A DNA stretch of 64,000 nt, from positions 92,976-156,975 of the forward strand of contig NMRA01000071.1 of NCBI GenBank assembly GCA_002633005.1, read 5' to 3'. The DNA comes from Phoronis australis (taxonomy: Eukaryota; Animalia; Phoronida). Of the stretch, positions 24,613 to 38,525 are shown in pieces. A program made the translations under genes and the position numbers. Each line of letters starts with the position of its first letter. Within the stretch, counting starts at the first letter, position 1. The notes beneath the pieces were generated by a model, which was not told the DNA's origin, searched no databases, and saw nothing but the letters and a program-made list of their open reading frames with translations.

Positions 24613-26223
24613 AGGAGAATGCCACCCAAAAAAACAACCTATTTTGTATCAATTTAGATCGAGTAGTTCTACTCGATAACGGCACGTTCGGTTGCGTTAC
24701 CTGACAGCAGACGGAGGTGTTGAAATTATCCAATGACATCATTGGTTTCACACGCAGCCTGTTCAGCAGTTCACAACACGGGTTACGGGGGTCAACTTAT
24801 CGCTTGAATTCATCGTTTAACACCAATAAATCATCAAACTTGGAAGTAAAACTCTTAAAAATACACAGTTCTCATAAAAACGTGTTGTTTTATTTCGCTG
24901 TTTTGGATTTATTGGTATTTTCACACACCGTAGCCAACAAAGTTCGGCAGGCCAATTTACCAAGATCCGTAGCAGGAGTTTGGGGTCTGTTCGGAGATAA
25001 ATTTGAAGTATTCTTCCGTGAAATACAGACAGGAGAACCTAGATCTGTGTTGTTTAGACTTGTGAGTTTTTGAGTTCTAAACACACAAAACGCTCATTAT
25101 CCCGGCCAGTGGCTCGGAACCCGACCAGGCTCGTCGCGGCCGCTGGGACTGGCATGAACATAAACCAGCTCGAGTTGGAAACTAAACCTCCAGTCACAAA
25201 AAGACTATAATAGTGAGCCACAGAAATAATGTGCACGTATTTATGTAAATTAGCCACGAAACTGAGAATCTACTAAATAAACTTGTTGGGGGCCGCCTTC
25301 CACAGACTGTCAGGGCAAAGGTTGTACAGTAACAATGATTTGAATAATGCATTCGTATTTCTAAATAAAGATTCCCCTATTACGTGACCATACCATATAA
25401 AATGAAGTAATTGTTTCCCAACAGCTTTCTGTCAGCAAACACTGAATTAGCATGCGCTCACACGGCCTCGGTGCCCGGTAAATTATTTTATTGCTAGTAT
25501 CAAAAGCCAGTAATGCAGTGGTTTATTCATTGCTGGCTTCTCAACATTTGCACTCACCAATATTACAAAAGCATTACAAATTGTATCTAATGTGACAGAC
25601 TTTGTTTCAGTTTTATATAAACATTGGTTAGGATGAGAATAATTCATGGTGAAACAGAACGCAGAATAATAAACGTCTACATGGCAACTCGCCCGGCGCC
25701 AATCCCGACTTAGTCAAGAGCTCATTCGATGAAGACTTCACGGGTCAGATCGTTAGGTTTCACACTGATCAAGAAATACTAGACAGGCGCCGTGAGCATG
25801 CAACGAAACGTATGGATAGTTCTTCGGTAAGCCGGAATTCGTCAGAGAAATCATTGTCGACGAAATGCCGGCCACAGTCACGCAGATGTTTCACGGCCTC
25901 ATATTTGCTATTGACAGCGTACTTTTCATTCTTCATTACCGCAAGTCACTTCCTAAGCATTTCGGGCTCTCGAGGAAGTCGAAAAAATGATATACCCGCT
26001 TTCTTTGCAGCTTCATAGTTCGGACAAGCGGGAATGATACACAGCAACATAGCGGCATTCACTCAGCATATGAACCACTGACGTCGCTAGCGTCGTTTCT
26101 CACCTTCCTCACAGGTTAACGCGACACCTCTTGGCAAGGTAAGGTCGACCGTATGCGAGGCGATGTGGGAATAAACCGATTAAGACGGCAAAAAAGACTA
26201 ATTAAATCGGGTGGCATTCGCCT
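24613..26223 (-). mobile_element. Kolobok-like non-autonomous DNA transposon with THAP remnant, inserted in the LINE
   Basis: TTAA|AGGAGAATGCCACCC...GGGTGGCATTCGCCT|TTAA; minus strand ~25850-26058 reads MPLCCCV/CPNYEAAKKAGISFFRLPREPEMLRK*LAVMKN...LRDCGRHFVDNDF. Confidence 0.82.
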
Positions 26224-26414
26224 TTAAGAGAAGAACTGCTCTCCGTGTAAATACTCTGAATATACGTTTGAATTTATGTATCTATGTATGTATGAGTAGG
26301 CAAAGCCTACGATGTACAATGCAGTAGGATGAAATCTCTAATCCGCATCACATAGGATCTGTAGGTAGTGCTGAATACCTGTCCACCAAAGACCTGATCG
26401 CCGTCTGGCGGCTA

Positions 26415-26505
26415 GCCAATTTCAATATGGTGTTAGCTATTTCAATATGGTGTTAGCTATTTCAATATGGTGTTAGCTATTTCAATATGGTGTTAGCTAT
26501 TTCAA
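26415..26505. repeat. 20-bp minisatellite, ~4.5 copies
   Basis: atttcaatatggtgttagct. Confidence 0.9.
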
Positions 26506-26726
26506 AAGTCAGCTATTGATGGGCATAAGAGAGCAGGTTCTGGTGAAAACATGCAGATTGTCTACACAATGAGGGATGCAGATTGTCTACACAATGAGGG
26601 TCAGTGAAAAACATGCATTTACTTGGACTCAACTGATAATACAAGACACTTGGAGAAAACAGGAGACAGAACATCTAACAAATGAAGACATGCTATACAC
26701 ATGCCAGTACATACTACACGCTTTAC

Positions 26727-26789
26727 CCCTTTAGCAGATGGCAGTTTCACTTGACCTCCAGTCTTTTCACACAAGTAATGGAACAAGTT
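26727..26789 (-). CDS. unc-13: unc-13 exon: NLFHYLCEKTGGQVKLPSAKG, 63 nt
   Basis: gtttcag acceptor, GGG|gtaaag donor; phase 0-0. Confidence 0.92.
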
Positions 26790-26906
26790 CTGAAACAACA
26801 CATATTGTCACCTATAGATGGTGCTGAAGCAGCTTATAAATCTATATTACTCACTATGTGAGTGTAAGAGTATGGACCAAGCCAATATTCACGAGATAAT
26901 ACCTAC

Positions 26907-28205
26907 AACAAGAGCAACGCAGAACAATGAAATGCATCCGAAAATGCACAGCAAACGGTGTGCTTCTATAGGTGTTTATTTGTACCAAAAATGGCCACTA
27001 GATGGTGCAAAATATGTTGAATCCATTAGAAAACGGGAACATGCCATCGCTTTTTTGATAGAAAGATATTTATCAAATTTCATCAAAATCTGTCAAGGAA
27101 ATTCAGAGAAACAAGGGAAAAAGGAAAAAAATGAAATTGCCACCAGGGCACAGCGTTCGGCGGACCCGAAAGTCATTGTCGTTTGTTGTCAACTTCAGAT
27201 CAATACATTTACTAAATTTAATAAAGATACTGCAGTGGGCTTAGAAGACAGTGTTAAGGTTACGAAACAAAACAAAACAAAACTGCCACTAAGAGGCGCC
27301 AGTCACATTAAATACACTTGCAAAATTTAGTAAAGATCCTACAGAGTGTTTAGGAGATACAGCCATGGGAGAAAAGAAAATGCCCTAGGAGGCGCCACAG
27401 TAGTCGAAGTTGTCGGAAATTCATCGTCGGCCGTCCTCTTCATAGTAAGAACATAGCCGCCAATTTTCACGATATCATCCTTAGGGCAGTTCAATTGATA
27501 GAGGCGCAGACACCAAAAAACAGACTCAAAACAGTAAAAATGGCCATTAGGTGGCACAAAATACCTCGAATCCATCAGAAAACGGGAGGATAGGACCATC
27601 TCACTAATAGATGGCTATATGCCAAAAGTCATCGCCATCCATTGTCAACCTCATAGGAATAAACTGGCGAAATTAAGTAAAGATCCTGCAGCATTTAGGA
27701 GATACAGCCATGGGCGCAAAAAAAACAAAACTGCCACTAGTCAGAGAGGATGCGCCACAGTAGTCGAAGTCGTCGGAAAATCATTGTCAGCCGTCCTCTT
27801 CATAGTAAATACATGCCAATTTTCAAAATCATCCTTAGAGCGGTTTGGTCGATAGAGGGGCAGACACCAAAAAACTCGAGAACAATAGAATGGCCACTAG
27901 ATGGCGCAAAATTCCTCGAATCTATCCGAAAAACAGAAGGATAGCTTTGCCTCACCAAGAGATGCCTATATGCCAAATTTTATGAAAAACCATTGAGGAC
28001 CTTTGAAGATACAGCGGTAAAAGTAAATAACTTTTTTGCCACTAGGGGGCACACTGGTAGTCGCATCTGTCTGAAAGTTCGCTCATAGCGTCCAATACAT
28101 GAAAGGAACTCATGTGCAGGCTTGTGTTTTGAATATATGCCGGACGGATGCCGGACGGGGATGATCGCACATTATGTCCACATAAAAATATGTGGACGCA
28201 TCAAA
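26907..28205 (+). mobile_element. Helentron/HINE-like repeat with an internally inverted segment (~27330-27600)
   Basis: acaagag start, gccactag modules, cggacgga tail, 3' hairpin gtccaca-taaaaata-tgtggac followed by an A-run; internal module order is rearranged and the inversion is not firmly resolved. Confidence 0.55.
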
Positions 28206-28784
28206 ATATAACAAAATATTATCTCCATTTCGGCTAAAGCCTATAAACCAAGGGATGCGCATTAATAATTGGTGCATGATCAGGACAAGCTGGACTACAA
28301 AGCATAATACTTACAATGAATAGACACGGGTGTAGGGACAAACATTTGGCAAAGTACTTACAATGAATAGACATGGGTGTAGGGATAAACATTTGTCAAA
28401 GTACTTACAATAGCTAGGCTAGGCGTAGCAAGAATTATCATGTAGCACGACTACATGCTCAGTGCACCAATTTAGTGCCTTTGTTTGAGTAGCTTGTGTA
28501 AACGTTTATTGTACATGGTAGGCTGTCATAATCACTTAAACTCCACAAAGATGAGTACAGTAGTATAGACCAGACATGCATGTGTACGTACCTCGTGTAA
28601 ACACGTATATTGCACATGGTAGAGTGCCGTAATCACTTGATCTTAAAGTCCACAAAAAGACATGCATGTGTACGTACCTCGTGTAAACACGTATATTGCA
28701 CATGGTAGGGTGCCATAATCACTTGATCTTAAACTCCATGAAGATGAGTACAGTAGTATAGACCAGACATACATGTGTACGTAC

Positions 28785-28900
28785 CTCGTGTAAACACGTA
28801 TATTGCACATGGTAGGGTGCCACTTTCTCTTCACCCTTAATCTCCACACTAATGTGTAATCGAATAGCACCAGATACAGCAGACTTGTCAGTTCTTTTTT
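28785..28900 (-). CDS. unc-13: unc-13 exon: (E)[38 protein letters not shown], 116 nt
   Basis: ttttgtag acceptor, GAG|gtacgt donor; near-identical to the Munc13 consensus. Confidence 0.96.
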
Positions 28901-30427
28901 CTACAAAAAGACAAACCACCATCACTCCATTTTATATTCAAATTGTTTCACTTATAATACATAGAGTCCCTCAACTTAAACAAATGAGTTTGGCTCATGT
29001 AAAATTTTAATACTACTTGGAAATAAAAGAGCCAGAACCTTTATGTACAACATAATTTATGTCAAGTGGACAAAACCAAGGTCACGACAAGTAAGAATCA
29101 TAGCTGAGATTATTGGTGTTTTAGCTGATGAAGTACACAGTTAAGCAATGAAATATTATTTTAAAAAACAACAGACAAAAAGATACATAGGACACAAGAC
29201 CCATTTATCAAAGAAAAATTAACATATTATCACAATGTTCAATCATACACATGACAATATAATACACAACAATACAATATAATACAATGTAACACAATAC
29301 AATATAATACAATGTAACACAATAATACAATACAATCAGATACAATTCCTACATCTTAGATTCAATTCTGCTAAGTGACTAGTTTTCAATATTTACACAG
29401 CTGAGAAAAAAACATAGTCCTGAGCCAATTTAGACACGGGCAACTGATGAATGAATTTAACAACTTATCAAAGCATATTAAACATTAAAAAACAGGGTAA
29501 AAACTTGGGTGGGTTAATAAACATAAGTCTTGAGGCTGTGAATGCATTAACAGTATTTGAAAGAAACACACTACAAATGTTTTGTGTCACAACAATGAAA
29601 CTGATAGGGACACTGCAGGGTCACACAAGCCACCAACAAGGTTGCTATTTGAAATACAGGTTCATAACCATCAACATAATAAATAGACGGAACATGGTAA
29701 AATGAGCAGTGAGAAATAAAGGTCACTTTAGGTTAAAGCCCTCATCAACATAATATATACATATATATAGCCTCATTAACATAACATATCAAACATGGTC
29801 TATATAAACAGTAAGCAACAAGGTCACTAAACTCTCATCAATTTGGGACAATATGGCAGACATGAGAATTTTTATTTTCTCGTGTTTTTCATAAATGACA
29901 CGTAGCATCAAATTGGTGCTTGAAGTTAGTTACTGTCAGTAGCTCCCAACAAAAATATGAAAATGTGAGGAAATCCAGAGCAATGCCTTGAAAAATGAAC
30001 AAGATCACATAAGGTCAGTGACCTGCGCCCACAATGCATCACAAAAGATGTTTCTGAGGGTAACTAGAAGGTGCTATAATAGTAGTTGAATCCTCTCGAA
30101 AATCACATAATGCCAGAGCATTGTCTTCATGTATCCCATAATGCCTAATAAGGGCATTGTCTTCATATATCTCTGAGTCAAGTTTTATTCAGCTCATTCA
30201 CTTCACAAGATATTCACAAAATTAATGCTATTCCACCAAACAATACCTGAAAAGCTCCTTACAAAGAACAAAATAGTGCTGCCACATGGTCATCATACAC
30301 CAAATGATATGTAAAGTTTGGTTAAAATCCGTCAACCGATTCCATAGATACCATCCATGAACACTCTTCATCTAACAAAACTTGACAAGCTCATTATCAT
30401 GTTGATGCAGTGGCAAATCCAGCCTAA

Positions 30428-30630
30428 AAGCGATGGGCGTGGCAGATTGTCATCGCATGGCTGTGTCAAGCGATGGGCGTGGCAGATTGTCATCGCATGG
30501 CTGTGTCAAGCGATGGGCGTGGCAGATTGTCATCACATGGCTGTGTCAAGCGATGGGCCTGGCAGATTGTCATCACATGGCTGTGTCAAGCGATGGGCGT
30601 AGCAGATTGTCATCACATGGCTGTGTCAAG
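30428..30630. repeat. 40-bp minisatellite, 5 copies
   Basis: cgatgggcgtggcagattgtcatcgcatggctgtgtcaag. Confidence 0.92.
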
Positions 30631-31744
30631 TTTTGTTGACATTTGGAATTACTCTTCTACCAAACAACACATGAAAACCAAAGGAGGTGAGCACTACATA
30701 CCAGTAAATCCACCCAAAATATTGATGGTGATGGCGCATTGTCATCACATTCCTGTTTTATTTGTTTAATTTCAATAAAATGTGACAATCGGTTCTCCAG
30801 ATATCATCCGGAAATGATCTTTCCCAAAATTGCCACCAGGAGGTGCTTCAATAGTCAAATCCAACTGAAAATTAAATAATACCAGCGCACGGACATCATA
30901 TACGTCTGTGTCAAGTTAACCGAAATCCATCAGTCCGTTCCCTTGATATCATCTGGAAACACTCAAACAACACTTGAAAACCACCTGCAGAGAACAAAAC
31001 CCCAAGGAGCTGCAATGGTCAAATCAATGCGAAAATTTAAAAGTGTTGGCGCATTCACATTATACACCTGTTCCTCTAGTTTTACTGAAGTCCGTCAATC
31101 GGTTCTCTAGACATCATCCAAAAGCTCTTCCCCAAAATCGCCACTATGAGGTACTCCACGGTTAAATCCACCAAAAATTCAAATTGTGCTGGCATTATCA
31201 CCATATGCCACTGAGTAAGGCTTCATTGATATCCAATAATCGGTTATCTAGACATCATCTGGAAACATTCTTCCCCCCAACCAATACTTGCAAAAACCCT
31301 TCTCAAGAAAAAAGGCCACTAGTTGCAGTAGCAGTTGAATCAGCCGAGCAGAGCATTGATATCTCATACCTATACGTCAAGTTTCTTTAAATTCGTCAAT
31401 AGGATCTCTAGATCTCAAACAGAAATGCTTTACCCCACACTTTGCACCAGGAGGTGCTACAGTAGTATGATTGAAAATAAAATGGTGTCGGCGGATTGAT
31501 ATCATATATCTCAGCATCAACTTTCAACAAAATCCATCTACTGGTTCTTTAGCTATCATCCAGACACCCTCTTCCCCAAACAACACTAGATAAGCCAATT
31601 TCCAAAACAAAAAAGAGCCACTAGAAGGTGATACAATGATCAAATCCACCCAAAAATTAGAAGGTGCTACCGCACTGTCATTACAAACCTGTGTGTCAAC
31701 TTTTATTGAAATCCTTCACTGGGTTCTTTACATATCACCGAGAG

Positions 31745-31920
31745 GAGGCAGTGTGGCCTAGAGTGATAGGTGTCAGTTTTCTTTACATGAGGTCATGGGT
31801 TTAGAGTCCCACCAGGTTACACTGCTAAACCCGTGAGTCAAATTTCTAGCTCCTCAGCTTGGTTTTTACTAAATATTGATGAAGCATAAAAATGGTTCCA
31901 GGTGATCAGTGCAAAAGGTC
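31745..31920 (+). mobile_element. possible tRNA-derived SINE remnant
   Basis: A-box-like tggcctagagtga and B-box-like gggtttagagtccc at tRNA-like spacing. Confidence 0.4.
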
Positions 31921-33213
31921 CACATGCATGGCCAGCGCATGTCTGGTAAATGTTTATCAGACCGCCTGCAATTATTTTATTACATATCACTTGGAAACAC
32001 TGTCACACAAAATGGCCACTAGGATGCACTGCAAATGTCGAATACTGTCAGTTGAAAATCGAAAGATGCCAGTGCATCATTATCTCTGTGTCAAGCTCTT
32101 GTTGATAAAAAAATAGCCACTAGGTGGTACTGCAGTGGTCAAATCAGCCCGAAAACTTAATGGTGTCAGTGCATTAATATCAAACACCTTTGAGTCAAGT
32201 TTCACTGAAATCCTGCTGTTCACCAGGGGTCAGGGCAGACTGAGAAAAAAGGTGTGAACCATTCTAGACTAGTGATGCATTACACCCTTGTGCCAAATTT
32301 TATCAAAATTCGACCAGGGGTTTTTGAGATATCAAGCGGACATCCAGACAATCTGACACAAAGATGACAATATGCGACCACATTGTGGGCGCACAAAAAT
32401 ATGCAATTTTGTTGATTATTTTTGTCCAAAATTGATAAGGTTTTATGGTAGGCACTAACATCATGTTAGGTTCATATACTATACCAAACAGTAACTGACC
32501 TAAATGAGGAATGATTAGCGACAATTATGGAGAGATGACAAATAACAAAAACTCAACAACAACTACATTGTCTGGTAATCAACTAAACACAATAATTCAT
32601 GCTTCGCTGAAAATGCTAACAAAAGCAGAAACCTTAAGGTAGTTGTCAACCTTCATGAAGTACTCAGTTCAGGTCTTTTTAGAATAACTTTTTAAATTCC
32701 ATATTCAACCCACAACAGTTTATGCTGTCTTTCTGAATTCTAAATGACAGATTCAAGCCTTACAACAATCTAAAATAATCATTTTTCTTATTGAGACTAT
32801 GTACAATACAGAATTCCAGTTAAGTAATGAAAATATGAAGTGAACGCCCCCTTTTGGAACCAGAGAACTGAACTCACACACTTGATTCACCACCGGGTAT
32901 GACCTTTGTTGTTGTAGAATAAAACAAAAAAAACAGTACTGTAGATTCCCTAATCTAGGGGGAAAGCTCGTAACAGATCTGCAGGTAGCTCAAGTCCCGG
33001 ATCTCTGTTAAGACTAGGTCTGTGGACTTGGATCTCAGTTGCTTCTCGTACCCTGCACTTCCACTTCTCTGGGTGTATACTCAGTATATTGAAGTCCTCA
33101 ACAGAGATCAAGTGAAATGGACAGCAGTAATCAGCCTAAGGTTTGGGTTAGTGTGATCGCTAACCCTGGTTGATAACTGATGATCCATCTCACTGATATA
33201 CTTGTCAGTACAC

Positions 33214-33390
33214 TCACAGCACACTTGTATTCATTGGTAGATCACAGCACACTTGTATTCATTGGTAGATCACAGCACACTTGTATTCATTGGTAGATCA
33301 CAGCACACTTGTATTCATTGGTAGATCACAGCACACTTGTATTCATTGGTAGATCACAGCACACTTGTATTCATTGGTAGATCACAGCAC
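33214..33390. repeat. 29-bp minisatellite, 6 copies
   Basis: tcacagcacacttgtattcattggtaga. Confidence 0.92.
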
Positions 33391-34159
33391 GCTTCTCGAG
33401 GGCGGTGACATATCTTTCACTGATGGGAGGATGGACTGAATAGTGCTAAACAGTCCACCCTCTAATCAAGTGGTAAATCAAGTGCCTGAGATACGGACAA
33501 AATGGCTGTAGACATATCAAGGTACAGTGTTTTGGTTCCAAAAGGAATCTTCACTTAATATTTCCATTTTTATTACTTTGGTTATGAGTGTTATTTTATG
33601 CCCTGCATGTAAACTGCTAAAACATTAACATAGATTGGGAGATATACCTGTGATTCATGGGAATTGACTCATGTAGTACAAAGAATTTGATGTTTACGGT
33701 TATGTTGGGCACTATAAAAATGGCCAAATTTGGCGACCAACATATCTCTGACTGGATTCATATGAAACTTTTGAATACGATTTATGCAATATTCCCACAA
33801 ATACTGTTAGGAAATATTGTTTAAACAATGAGGAGCTACCAAAAACAGAAATTTTAGAAAACTGCAACAGCATTTTTGATGTCTCACCTAGAACATACAT
33901 ATTGAGAAAAATTGATCTGTGATGTGATTGATACCATTGATTCGCTATTAATGCATCTTAAGTTTGGTTTTGCAAAATTTTACTAAAAAGACATGATCAC
34001 ATGACCCAATCAGTTTGATTAAAAGTCAAAAATCAATTTCCGCAGATTTCCGCAGCATTTCTACTTTCAAAAAATATAAATTGATACCGAGTTAAAATAT
34101 ATACTTTTCTATATATTTTGTTGAATGCATACTAGTTGATAAGGTCTTACATAACCTCA

Positions 34160-35720
34160 TAACCTGAGCAAAGTGGAGCGTTGAAATGTGCCCACGAATG
34201 CTGGAGTAAACGGTGTGCTTCTAGGGGTGTTTATTTGTATCTTAAAAATGGCCACTGGATGGCGCGAAATACATTGAATGTATCCAAAAACTGGTATGTC
34301 ATCTAACCTATTTACCAAATCTGTCAAAGAACTTCTGAGAAATCAAGGAAAATGGAAAAAATGAAATTGCCACTTTTGAGTAAAGACTATGGTTGCAAAA
34401 CAAAACAAAACTGGCGCCACAGAAGATGAAGTTGTCAGAAAATCATCATCAACCGTCCTCTTCACACCAAGAACACATATGCCAATTTTCACAATCATCG
34501 TTAGAGTGGTTTTGTTGATAGAGAGGAGAATGCCAAGAATACAACTAGAAAATAGTAAAAATGGCCACTAGATGGCGCAAAATACGACGAATCCATCCTA
34601 AAATAGGAAATGTCATCATTTCAATAGGAAGCTATTTATCAAATTGCATAAAAATCCATCAAGCTTCAGAGAAACAGAGGAAAACCGAAAAAAAATTAAA
34701 TTGCCACTAGGGTGGGGCGCACAGTGTTAGACAGATCTGTCTGAAAGTCGTCGTTGTTCGTTGTAAACTTCATACAAATAGAATTGCTTAATTAATAAAG
34801 ATCCTGCACAGGCTTTAGGACATACAGCCATGCGCATAAAAAACAAAACTGCCACTATGAGGCACCACAGTAGACGAGGTTATCGGAAAATCATCGTCAG
34901 CCCTCCTCTTCACATTAGGAACATACACGCCAATTTCCACAATCGTGAAAATTGGTTTGGTTGACAGAGGACATGCCAAAAAATAGAGTCCATTTGGTAA
35001 AAATGGCCATTAGGTGGGTCAAAACCCCTCAAATGAAACTGAAAACCAGAGGACACCATAATCTTACTAATAGATGCCTATCTTTCAAATTTTATGAAAA
35101 TCCGTTGAGGACATTTGAAGATACAGAGGTAAACGTTAAAAATTTAAATTGCGACTAGGGAGCATACCAGCAGTCCGATTTGTCTGAAAGTCGTCGTCGT
35201 CCGTTCTCAACTTCATATAAATACAGTAGCAAAATTTAATAAGATCCTGTAGACTGTTAAGAAGATAGAGCCATGGGCGCAAAAACAAACAAAACTGCCA
35301 CTAGGAGGCGCCACAGGAGTCAAAGCCATTGGAAAATCATCCTAAGCTGCCCTCTTCTCCGAAAGAACATAACATATTATATGCCAATTTCATAATCATC
35401 CTTAGAGCTGTTTGGTTGGTAGAAGGGCAGCCGACAAAAAAGCAGAATCAAAATGTCCATCAGGTGGCGCAAAGTAACTTGAATCCATCCAAAAACGTGA
35501 TAATCGCGTCATCTCACTAATAAATGCCTAATTGCCAAATTTTATGAAAATCCCATAAGGATCTCCGAAGATACAGAGGTAAACATAAAAAAATAAAACT
35601 GACACAAGGGGGCACACCGGTAGTGGGAGAAATCCGAAATTCGCAGTCATCCATCGTCAGCCTCATAGCAAAACATCTGCCAAATCTCATCTAGATCCTG
35701 TGAGGGGTTTAGGAGATGCA
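34160..35720 (+). mobile_element. Helentron/HINE-like repeat copy with tandem internal modules
   Basis: homologous to 9893-10895 and 26907-28205. Confidence 0.6.
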
Positions 35721-36654
35721 GCTGGCTAATAAAGGCTTCACACATAATTCAAAATTACTTGAAGTCTCCTCTAACAACTGGAAAATTGGTTGGTCTGGAA
35801 CGACTGGCATATTAAGTCTCATGACTGCTGTAAAACTAAAATTATGAAGCCTGAATAAACCTTGTCAACTAAATTATTGTATAATATAAGCACTATTATT
35901 CATTATTAGGATAATTTTATTCTAAGTTACAGGCAGACCTTATAAAATCTTGGTAACAATAAGGCCTACCTGTGCCTACCTTACAACCTACATTGTCAAC
36001 CATGAGCAGCAACACTGACAAATGTTTATTTACATCACAATAGAATTTTGCTCGGTAACAAGAATTTCTCAATTAAAGAGTCAGCCTGAATTGTATTACT
36101 CACCAGTAATCTCATTTTAGCCAGAACAGGAATGATTACCAAAAGAGAAGAAGGCTTTTCAAACTTGGAATTCAATGTTAGAAAAGGTGGCTGACCCAAA
36201 AAGGTTTTTCAGTGTTTATACAAGCCTCTGTAGTGTGCCTTAGTTGATGTTTTTCAAGAACACAGAGCAGTGGCCAGTAAGGACAAAAGGGAGACAATTC
36301 CTAACAGAGCATTGGCCAGTAAAAAGGGAGACAATTCCTAACAGTGGCCAGTATGGAAGGAAGCTTTGAGAAAGAATAACAATGGTGATGTAGCAATAAA
36401 TCTGACCAAACTTAGTCAAATTTATCGAAATGCTGAATTTAAAGCCATGGTGTGGGTATCAATGAAAACATTTTATACAATACATGAGAACTGCTTTTTT
36501 CTATAAAACTTCCAGGAAGGTTGACAATTACCTGCACACTTAATTACACAAAACGAAAAAATGTCCAAAACAAACAGAAGGTGCTAAAAGAGAGCTTGAG
36601 GCAACAATTGGTTACTCTATGTTACAGTAGACAGACCTGGACTACTAAACTGAC

Positions 36655-36785
36655 CTAGATTGTACCAGACATCCATCTCCCCAGACAAAGTACGGACCTC
36701 AATCGTTGTTTGACCCAGGAAGTCATCCGATTCCCTTGATGTGAACCTTGACCTTAGTCGCGACCTGAGGTCATCGTCTTCATCC
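36655..36785 (-). CDS. unc-13: unc-13 alternative exon 2b, C2B loop 3: [43 protein letters not shown] (131 nt)
   Basis: tttcatctag acceptor, TAG|gtcagt donor; phase 2-1; one codon longer than 2a; many synonymous differences in the shared 3' half. Confidence 0.92.
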
Positions 36786-36833
36786 CTAGATGAAACCATT
36801 TTAATCTCAAAGCACATTATTGATAATACCCAC

Positions 36834-36961
36834 CTAGGTTATACCAGACGTCCATCTCACCACTCAGCGTGCGCACCTCAATAATCGTCTGACCAAGGAA
36901 ATCATCCGATTCTGGGGTGAACTTTTTACGCAAAAATGACTTAATGTCATTATCTTCATCC
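36834..36961 (-). CDS. unc-13: unc-13 alternative exon 2a, C2B loop 3: [42 protein letters not shown] (128 nt)
   Basis: tatgtag acceptor, TAG|gtgggt donor; phase 2-1. Confidence 0.92.
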
Positions 36962-38407
36962 CTACATACAACCAAATATAACCAAAGGTTTAATGGTGCA
37001 ACATAAAGCAATCACCATAATCTACCTTGCCACTAGTCAGTAGACTCATCCAGTCCATTTTGGGCTTGGAGGGGCTAACTAGTCATTGCTGCTGATGGTT
37101 GTAAATCATGGACTTGATGCAACAGCAAAAAGTATTTTGAAACTGACATGCAAGGTCAGTGAAAGTAGTTCTTTGTGAACTCTGCTCTTAGTCATACAAC
37201 CGTCCCAGTTGGACAGTGTAACTAAATACAGATTAACAAAGAGTTTATGGTGTTGGCTAAGACGATTGTTGTTTTATTGCCCCTATGGGTTTTGAATAGC
37301 TGAGCCCACCCGAAATGGACTCCATATTGTCTGCTATTCAATTTTAACAGTGGTCACAAGGTGTCATGTGGTCAACAAAAAACAGCAGCCCCTCACAACA
37401 ACAAGAACAAAAATGAAAACTTAATAATAATAAAAATTGAAAACAAAAGAATTGAAAAGGAAGTTAATTGTTCTTGACAATCTGTTAATTCACAAAATTC
37501 ACAGTTCAATACTGTATAATTACGTCATGTGTTCGAGTGGTTATAAACCTGCCTTGCAATAATAAAACATTGATTTATACCTGACTCATGTTATGAAATT
37601 GGTCAAAAGAATTTCTTTCGCCAAATTGGATGAGATTCAGGGCTTGCAACAGTTTGCTAAATGCAGGTTTACAAAACAGTTGAGTAGTCACTGCATTATG
37701 CAACAAACATACTCTTACATTATAGTGATCTATCAGTTCTTTGCAACAAATATAGCCTAATATAATAGTGATCTATCAGTTATTTGCAAGTGGATAAGGA
37801 ACAAGTAGAGACCAACTTAATGATAACCACAAGTGCACTAACTCATAAGTTCACTCGATGGACGATATGTGAGAGTGTTGCCGCTTTAAAACAATTTCAG
37901 TCACTGCCATCGTGTTTCTATCAGACTGAAATGTCCAAAATCAGACGGAACAGACGGAAGTCTCACAATTTTTGGGGGAATAGACTTTATGAATTCTGAA
38001 GTCATCACCAATTTTGAAACGAATTTCGGGGGAATTATTTCTGACTTGGATACTCCCTGTGGTGACTTCGTGGTGACTTGGGATCTTTCCCTGGTTACCA
38101 GACACAATCTGAAGTTGCCTTGATGAGTTGCAGCTCATCAAATGGAGCACAGAAGAATGAAAATGTTTAATGTCTATCATACAAGTGCTTGCTTTAAAGA
38201 AAAACTTGAAAATGTTGTGTATCAAGTTTTAGTTAAAATGTTGTCTCTCAACGTTCAACTTCAAAGCAGATTAAAGCAAACAAAAGAGAAACCAAAGAAC
38301 GGACAGAAACTGCTTTAAATAAAAGAACAGAAAAACATCAAGAACTTGAAATTGATCCGAGTGATACTTGTACTCAAATGTGAAACACTTGCAAACATCT
38401 CCATACA

Positions 38408-38525
38408 GAAACAGTCAGTCCTACTCTTGGATTGACAAACAGTCAGTCCTACTCTTGGATTGACAAACAGTCAGTCCTAATCTTGGATTGACAAATAGTC
38501 AGTCCTAATCTTGGATTGACAAACG
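38408..38525. repeat. 28-bp minisatellite, 4 copies
   Basis: aaacagtcagtcctactcttggattgac. Confidence 0.9.

Larger units (their letters stand above)
29995..32400 (+). mobile_element. older, degenerate member of the same subrepeat-bearing family
   Basis: aacaaga start, repeated gccacta/gccacca..ggtgct and aaatcc..gttc modules, tgcgaccaca-t-tgtgggcgca 3' hairpin followed by an A-run. Confidence 0.5.

Noticed and set aside
36655-36961. Exon pair as a haplotype or assembly duplication
   Set aside because: Heavy synonymous divergence, an in-frame indel and unrelated flanks indicate an old genuine duplication.
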